Source: Octopus vulgaris
Lineage: Eukaryota
NCBI GenBank assembly: GCA_951406725.2
Contig: OX597830.1
Span: 79,856,001 to 79,920,000, forward strand
Length of the DNA: 64,000 nucleotides
Reading direction: 5' to 3'
Numbering within the stretch: position 1 is the first letter of the stretch; each line of letters begins with the position of its first letter. The notes under the pieces were generated by a model. It ran no database searches, was not told the DNA's origin, and worked only from the letters and a program-made list of their open reading frames with translations. The position numbers were made by a program, and so were the translations under genes. Below, piece by piece: positions 51,551 to 64,000 of the stretch.

Positions 51551-53221
51551 ATTCCTATGGCTGTTATGTCTGATGGCTGTTAAGGCTGTTATGGCTGTTA
51601 TGTTTGATTAGATATGACATCGGGGACTCAATGACAGACAGAAAGGAAGCATGGAGAGAAAGAGGGAGCACATGCGAGAGGGAGGGGGATGTAGGAGAAA
51701 TAGAAAAAAAGGGTATCTTAGGAAATATCAGTCTGTGAAAAGTAAAGGAAATAGTTTGAAATTATATTTAAGAGAAATGATAAAGGGAGAATAAATACTC
51801 CTCAAAACAATAGAGGAGAGAAAGGAAAGAAAGATGGTGAAAAAGAAAGTACAGAAGAGAGGGGAGGGGTATGTAAGACAGATATAAAGATGGGTGTCTT
51901 TGGAAATGGTCAGTCTGTGAATTGATTGATAGAGAGCATTAGCAGTTGGAAAATAAATATAAATAGAAATATACCCGAATATATGAATAAAAGTAGGGTA
52001 TGATCATACAGGGCATAAGTACCGGAAGGTCTATTTCAATGTTGCAAAAGGACTAAATCGTAACACGTATATATATATATATTGTTTGAGGGAGAAAAAG
52101 ATAGATCTATACAAATATACACATATACCCAAATCGAAGGTCGCTTAGACACCCAAAGACGAACACACACAAAATAAAGTGTATATATATATATGCATGT
52201 ATGTATGTATGCATGTGTGCATGTAGGTAGGTATTTATGTATATATGAATGCATGTAATATGTGTGTATCTATGTATGCATGCATGCATGTATGTGTGTA
52301 TGTATGCATATGCGTGTGTGTATGTATATAGACAGGTAGATAGGGAGCACGGCAAGTACGTGTATACGTATGAAAATAGGTTCAACCTAAACTTTATTGC
52401 TAATGATTTTGTTGCTGCATTTCTCGTTCCTAAGGGTTGATGTTACATGGCAACGCCTGGGTATGTTTAAAATAGGGCAGGGTATTTATGAGAATTTCAA
52501 CAAACATTTCAAATCGAATACAAACAAATTAAATAAATCTACATGAATTCCGAGAGAGATAAAGGAGACTGAACGTGGTTTTATGCGTGAGAGAATGTGC
52601 ACATGTGTGAGTGCGTGCCTGTATGTGTATGTGTGTGTGTGTTATTTATGTATTTACATGTCAAAACCTATTATGATATTTGTCATCCTTGTTTCACTTT
52701 GCAGCTAACAACCAATGTATCATAGTATTAAATTGAAAAGGATTTTTAAATGCATATAGCTAAATCCACACACCCTAATATTCCCTTACATACCCAATAA
52801 CAAGATGGAAATATCTGCGCTCCTACAGGTCATGCATCACCAAAATTGAGGAGTACTTTTGAGCCTTCTTCGAAGACTACATTCAACTTCCAGAAAACGC
52901 TGCCAAGATTATTATTGTTTTATCCTGCATTTATCGTGAATATAGTTCAATGTTTCTTTGCTGTAATATCGTTTGCCCAGACAGAAGTTGATTTCTATAC
53001 AAAGATATTTGTGATTATTCATTGAATTAGGAAGTAAAAATAATAATACAACGTGTAGGTTTGTTTAAAATAGAGCAGAACATGATTCATCGATTAATTA
53101 TGAGAATGTGAGCAAGAATCTCAAATGGAATACAAAGAACTATATCAAAACTGCATGGTACTTGAATTACGGGCGACAATAAGGATATTAAATGTCGCTG
53201 CATACTTCTGTGTATGAGCGT

Positions 53222-53314
<93 letters not shown>

Positions 53315-54654
53315 TGTGTGTGTGTGTATGTGTGTGTGTGTATGTGTGTATGTATGTGAGTGTTTGTGTGTCTGATTGATATATTTACCTCTCAAATCCT
53401 GTAATCCTACACATCCTTCCTTGTTTCACCTTACAGCTAGCAACCAGGGCAGTTTAATTATATATGCATGCATACATGTATGTATGTATGTATGTATGTA
53501 TGTATGTATGTATGTATGTATGTATGTATGTATGTATGTATGTATGTATGTATGTATGTATGTTTGTATGTATATGTACGTATGTATGTATATGTACGTA
53601 GGTATTTATGTGTGTATGTTTGTATGTATATATCTATGTAAAGATTTGCTTTCTCTTTTCAATATTGACCGGGCAGCTACATATTATCAAGGTTTTAAAG
53701 AAAAGTTTCTAAGTTTAACTGAAAATATGTCCCATGCAATCAGTAACCCCTAAAATGTTTTCAGACTGCTAGGGCTTCACTGTATCTTTCGCTTATTAAT
53801 TATTTCCTATCAATCTCTCGTTTTTGCATTTCAAATGCTTTGCCTTCGAATTGCGATGTGATGTGGCGGAGACTTTCATTTAATTAGAAATATCTTCTAA
53901 TCAAAACATTGTATACCGTGTCGCTACAGCTTCCAACAATTATAATTCCGTTAATTATCTTTTCCTGTTACTCATCTCTCTCACCCTCAACAGGCTCGAC
54001 AGCGATAAAACGTATTTTTGAGCAATATCTTAACAATAATTATCGATGTTAAGTCTGTATGTCAATATTTACGAATACATTTACGCCTGCACGAACACAC
54101 ACACACACGCATATATATGCATGACCAATTCCGATAAACTCAAGGCTAGATTGTTCGTTCCAACGTACGTTTCACTATTCTAGTTCTTTGCGACACTGCA
54201 TTGGATGTTTCAAGTGGAATGGATTCTTAACAACAACGGATCATCAGGGAACATCTTACTGCATTACGTTATATACGCCTAATGTGTTGAGTTGGGCAGA
54301 TGGCGCGAGATTTTATAAGAATTTAGAGGGGGAAGGATGAAAAAGATATGATCAGAGAAAGATAAAGGGAGACGAAGAAAGAAAGAAAAATGTGAGAGAG
54401 AAAACGACAATATTGTAATTATAAAAAGAAAGAATGAAAGATGAGAAGGACTGAAGTGGAAAACTGAATAAAAATTAAACAAAATAGGCGTAGGATTGGC
54501 TGTGTGGTAAGTAGCTTGCTTACGAACCACATGGTTCCGGGTTCAGTCCCACTGTGTGTCGCGTTGGGCAAGTGTTTTCTATAGCCTCGGGCTGACCAAT
54601 GCCTTGTCAGTGGATTTGGTAGACGGAAAATGAAAGAAGCCTGTCGTATGTATG

Positions 54655-54707
<53 letters not shown>

Positions 54708-55486
54708 CATACATATGTATGTGTTTGTGTATATGTTTGCGTGTCCGTGTTCGTCTCCCCAACATCGCTTGACAACCGATGCTGGTGTGTTTACGTCCCC
54801 GTAACTTAGCGGTTCGGCAAAACACCCCGTTATAACAAGTACTAGGCTTACAAACAATAAGTCCTAGTGTCGATTTGCTCGACTAAAGGCTGTGCTCCAG
54901 CATGGCAGCAGTCAAATGACTGAAACAAGTAAGAGAGTAAAAGAGTAAAAAGAGTAAAATATTTAAAAATAATATCATGTTAAGAGAAATAGTAAAGACA
55001 CAAATAATAAATAAATAAATAAATAAATACTCGCCAAAACATAAAATACACGAGAGACAGAAAGTAAGCGTGGTGAGAAGGAGAAAGCACATGAAAGAGG
55101 GAGGGGGAAGGAAGAGGACTATAAAAAGTTTATCTTTGGAAATGGTCAGTCTGTGAAAAGTAAAGGAAATAGTTTGAAATTATATTTAAGTGAAATGATA
55201 AAGGGAGAATAAATACTCCTCAAAACAATAGAGGAGAGAAAGGAAAGAAAGATGGTGAGAAAGAAAGTACAGAAGAGAGGGAGGGGTATGTAAGACAGGT
55301 ATAAAGATGGGTGTCTTTGGAAATGGTCAGTCTGCGAATTGATTGACAGAGAGCATTAGCAGTTGGAAAATAAATATAAATAGAAATATACCCGAATATA
55401 TGAATAATAGTAGGGTATGATCATACAGGGCATAAGTACCGGAAGGACTATTTCAATGTTGCAAAAGTACTAAATCGTAACACGTA

Positions 55487-58698
<3,212 letters not shown>

Positions 58699-59839
58699 TA
58701 TATATATATATATATATTGTTTCAGGGAGAAAAATATAGATCTATACAAATATACACATATACCCAAATCGAAGGTCGCTTAGACACACAAAGACGAACA
58801 CACACACACACAAAGTGTATACATATATATGCATGTATGTATGTATGCATATGTGCATGTAGGTAGGTATTTATGTATGTATGAATGCATGTAATATGTA
58901 TGTATCTATGTATGCATGTATGCATGTATGTGTGTATCTATGCATTTGCGTGTGTGTATGTATATAGACAGGTAGATAGGGAGCACGGCAAGTACGTGTA
59001 TACGTATGAAAATAGGTTCAACATATAATTAATTGCTAATGATTTTGTTGCTGCATTTCTCGTTGCTACGGGTTGATGTTACATGGCAACGCCTGGGTAT
59101 GTTTAAAATAGGGCAGGGTATTTATGAGAATTTCAACAAACATTTCAAATCGAATACAAACAAATTAAATAAATCTACATGAATTCCGAGAGAGATAAAG
59201 GAGACTGAACGTGGTTTTATGCGTGAGAGAATGTGCACATGTGTGAGTGCGTGCCTGTATGTGTATGTGTGTGTGTGTTATTTATGTATTTACATGTCAA
59301 AACCTATTATGGTATTTGTCATCCTTGTTTCACTTTGCAGCTAACAACCAATGTATCATAGTATTAAATTGAAAAGGATTTTTAAATGCTTATAGCTAAA
59401 TCCACACACTAATATTCCCTTACATACCCAATACCAAGATGGAAATATCTGCGCTCCTACAGGTCATGCATCACCAAAATTAGGGAGTACTTTTGAGCCT
59501 TCTTCGAAGACTACATTCAACTTCCAGAAAACGCTGCCAAGATTATCATTGTTTTATCCTGCATTTATCGTGAATATAGTTCAATGTTTATTTGCTGAAA
59601 TATCATTTGCCCAGACAGAAGTTGATTTCTATACAAAGATATTTGTGATTATTCATTGAATTAGGAAGTAAAAATAATAATACAACGTGTAGGTTTGTTT
59701 AAAATAGAGCAGAACATGATTCACCGATTAATTATGAGAATGTGAGCAAGAATCTCAAATGGAATACAAAGAACTATATCAAAACTGCATGGTACTTGAA
59801 TTACGGGCGACAATAAGGATATTAAATGTCGCTGCATAC

Positions 59840-59922
<83 letters not shown>

Positions 59923-61230
59923 TGTGTGTGTGTGTGTATGTGAGTGTGTGTGTGAGAGTATGTGAGTGCTTGTGTGTCTGATTGATATATTTACCTCTCA
60001 AACCCTGTAATCCTACACATCCTTCCTTGTTTCACCTTACAGCTAGCAACCAGGGCAGTTTAATTATATATGCATGCATGCATACATGTATGTATGTATG
60101 TATGTATGTATGTATGTTTGTATGTATATGTACGTATGTATGTATATGTACGTAGGTATTTATGTGTGTATGTTTGTATGTATATATCGATGTAACCATG
60201 TATGCACGTGTGTGTATGTATGTGATTTGCTTTCTCTTTTCAATATTGACCGGGCAGCTACATATTATCAAGGTTTTAAAGAAAAGTTTCTAAGTTTAAC
60301 CGAAAATATGTCCCATGCAATCAGTAACCCCTAAAATGTTTTCAGACTGCTAGGGCTTCACTGTATCTTTCGCTTATTAATTATTTCCTATCAATCTCTC
60401 GTTTTTGCATTTCAAATGCTTTGCCTTCGAATTGCGATGTGATGTGGCGGAGACTTTCATTTAATTAGAAATATCTGCTAATCAAAACATTGTATACCGT
60501 GTCGCTACAGCTTCCAACAATTATAATTCCGTTAATTATCTTTTCCTGTTACTCATCTCTCTCACCCTCAACAGGCTCGACAGCGATAAAACGTATTTTT
60601 GAGCAATATCTTAACAATAGTTATCGATGTTAAGTCTGTATGTCAATATTTACGAATACATTTACGCCTGCACGAACATACACACACACGCATATATATG
60701 CATGACAAATTCCGATAAACTCAAGGCTAGATTGTTCGTTCCAACGTACGTTTCACTATTCTAGTTCTTTGCGACACTGCATTGGATGTTTCAAGTGGAA
60801 TGGATTCTTAACAACAACGGATCATCAGGGAACATCTTACTGCATCACGTTATATACGCCTAATGTGTTGAGTTGGGCAGATGGCGCGAGATTTTATAAG
60901 AATTTTGAGGGGAAGGATGAAAAAGATATGATCAGAGAAAGATAAAGGGAGACGAAGAAAGAAAGAAAAATGTGAGAGAGAAAACGACAATATTGTAATT
61001 ATAAAAAGAAAGAATGAAAGATGAGAAGGACTGAAGTGGAAAACTGAATAAAAATTAAACAAAATAGGCGTAGGATTGGCTGTGTGGTAAGTAGCTTGCT
61101 TACGAACCACATGGTTCCGGGTTCAGTCCCACTGTGTGTCGCGTTGGGCAAGTGTTTTCTATAGCCTCGGGCTGACCAATGCCTTGTCAGTGGATTTGGT
61201 AGACGGAAAATGAAAGAAGCCTATCGTATG

Positions 61231-61344
<114 letters not shown>

Positions 61345-63019
61345 CATATGTATGTGTCTGTGTATATGTTTGCGTGTCTATGTTTGTCCCCCCAACATCG
61401 CTTGACAACCGATGCTGGTGTGTTTACGTCCCCGTAACTTAGCGGTTCTTCAAAAGACCCCGATAGAATAAGTACTAGGCTTACAAAGAATAAGTCCTGG
61501 TGTCGATTTGCTCGACTAAAATCATGTTAAGAGAAATAGTAAAGACACAAATAATAAATAAAAAAATGAATAAATAAATAAATAAATAAATACTCGCCAA
61601 AACATAAAGTAGACGAGAGACAGAAAGTAAGCGTGGTGAGAAGGAGAAAGCACATGAAAGAGGGAGGGGGAAGGAAGAGGACTATAAAAAGTCTATGTTT
61701 GGAAATGGTCAGTCTGTGAAAAGTAAAGGAAATAGTTTGAAATTATATTTAAGTGAAATGATAAAGGGAGAATAAATACTCCTCAAAACAATAGAGGAGA
61801 GAAAGGAAAGAAAGATGGTGAGAAAGAAAGTACAGAAGAGAGGGAGGGGGATGTAAGACAGGTATAAAGATGGGTGTCTTTGGAAATGGTCAGTCTGCGA
61901 ATTGATTGACAGAGAGCATTAGCAGTTGGAAAATAAATATAAATATACCCGAATATATGAATAATAGTAGGGTATGATCATTCAGGGCATAAGTACCGGA
62001 AGGACTATTTCAATGTTGCAAAAGGACTAAATCGTAACACGTATATATATATTGTTTGAGGGAGAAAAAGATAGATCTATACAAATATACACATACATCC
62101 ACATCGAGGGTCGTTTAGACACCCAAAGACGAACACACACAAAATAAGTGTATATATATATATGCATTTTATATCTATGTACATATGTGTGTATTCATTA
62201 ATGCATGCATGTATGTAGGTGTGTATTTATGTATGTATGAATGCATGTAATATGTATGTATGTATCTACGTATGTATGTATGCATGTATGTATGTATGCA
62301 TATGCATGTGTGTATGTATATAGGTAGATAGGGATCACGGCAAGTATATATGTATACCTAGGAAGATAGATTCAACCTAAACTGTAGTGTTAGTGGTTTT
62401 GTTGCTGCATTTCTCGTTCATACAAGTCGTTTGTACTCAGCAATATCGGGGTATGTTTAAAATAGGGCAGGGTATGAATCGGCGAATATTTATGAGAATT
62501 TCAATAAAAATTTTGAAATCGAAATGAAACAACGTTTGCAAAACTAAGTTTTCTGGATTAGTTTGATAAGGCTTCCTCTATTAGAATATATTCCATCCAC
62601 TTCGGGACAGTTTTGTAACTTCCATACTACTCTAACCAAATACCCACATACCCACGTGTTGTGGTGGACTACGAACTATATATATATAGCTACACGTATT
62701 TATTTGTGTGTTTGTCCCACACCATTGCTTGACAACCGATGTTGGTACGTTTACTTCCCCGTAATCTACCGGTTTGGGAAAAAAGACTGATAGAATAAGC
62801 ACCAGGCTTTCAAAGAATAATTCCTGGGGTCGATTTGTTCGACTAAAGGCGGTGCACCAGTATGGCCGCAGTTAAATGACTGAAACAAGTAAAAGAATAA
62901 AAGAATGTGTATTTTTTTCATTCTTATTCTACTACATTCTATTGCATCCTGTTGCTTTCTATTTTTATCTTTATACATATATAAAGCATATTTTATGTTT
63001 TATATTTGTACGTTTTTAT

Positions 63020-64000
63020 GATTCCCGGCTTCCGATGGAGACCTGGCTACTGATAGCTAAGGTCCTTGTTGATGGTAGTTCGGGTCATCTTCCCTAATTT
63101 ATACGGCGGTAATTCTTGCCTAGCGCTTCCATGTCGCGGTGCAGGTACTGTGAAAGTAGCAGCCAAGTTCAGGCAAGGGCCCTGTATTACGGAGTATAAC
63201 GCTTCTTCGTGGTAAGGGTTACGACTGAAGGTCAACTGTGTTTCGGTGAATGTGGGCGTAGATATCCTTTCTGTGAGATGGTGAAAGAGCATTCAGAAAT
63301 AGCTCTGTTCGCGAGCAGATGGAGCTCATTAGCCTTGAGAGGCAATCTTTCTACGAGATGGAAACTCCAACCTAAAACCTTGCCCAAGTGAGTAGCAACC
63401 TGGATTCCGGCAACTAGCTGCAATTTCTTGACAGCTTTTGGTCGTCTTGGACATTTCTCTTGTCACCGAAGTACTGCTGAACAAGAGTCAGGTGCATGCG
63501 AATGGGACTAACTGCCCGTCCCATCACCCTATACAACTCCGTGCGTAAGCTTTGTTCTCACACCTCTTATCCCACCTTCTTGGTGGTGCAGGCAAGACGG
63601 TGGTCTCGATGTGACTCTGGGACTTCACACCGATTTTTGTCCTATCTGTGTGACCAGGAGGATCTTTTGTAGACTCTCAGCGCCTCAGTTGAGGAGAGGC
63701 TTAGGAAATGTAGTCTAAAAGATGTCAGACCTTTTACCTAGCTAGAATACCGCACCTGGCAAGCCATCTCCATACTGCGGTCGAAGATTAATAAGAAAAC
63801 CATCACAATCTCTCATTTTTTGCTACATGGAATATACGAACTTTGATTGACCGTGATGACCACGATCGACCCAACCTTAGGACCGCGCTCATCGCCTTTT
63901 AACTGAAAGGGTGCAATGTGGATATGCATTCAGCATAACAAAATTCTCTGATGACGGATCTCTCACTGAAGTTGATGAAAGATACATATACTTCTGGAAA
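63020..64000 (+). mobile_element. RTE LINE 5' UTR and endonuclease start (runs off the window)
   Basis: ATWNIRTLIDRDDHDRPNLRTALIA...GSLTEVDERYIYFWK at ~63820-64000. Confidence 0.8.

Noticed and set aside
63110-63180. HDV-like ribozyme in an RTE 5' UTR (gcg-cttccatgt-cgc, tact/agta hairpin)
   Set aside because: No matching P1 5' strand was found, and P2 is not adjacent to P3.

Overview
AT-rich eukaryotic DNA packed with repeats and microsatellites. The SINE families, (TA)n/(TG)n/(CAT)n tracts and LINE content suggest an octopus or other coleoid cephalopod; this is an inference. There is one host gene, a spliced MDH1B-like gene (catalytically degenerate malate dehydrogenase 1B) on +. Five of its coding exons join in frame (6461-6573, 10239-11337, 12375-12505, 14621-14795, 17268-17491); the short first exon was not found. 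The gene sits inside a ~31 kb palindrome-like structure. A ~1.52 kb tandem array (1-5089) is mirrored on - at ~27770-31098. The intron 2/exon 3/intron 3 block (~8315-11949) is mirrored on - at 19013-~22155, with a 1-bp frameshift in the exon copy. The rest is decayed transposons: mariner, Tigger/pogo, piggyBac-like, Helitrons, RTE, R4/Dong, CR1 and Penelope-like elements. It also contains several hammerhead-ribozyme motifs, an RTE whose centre is inverted between 16-bp inverted repeats, and a ~3.4 kb tandem duplication in which one unit carries a Helitron insertion. No rRNA, CRISPR array or intact tRNA is supported.
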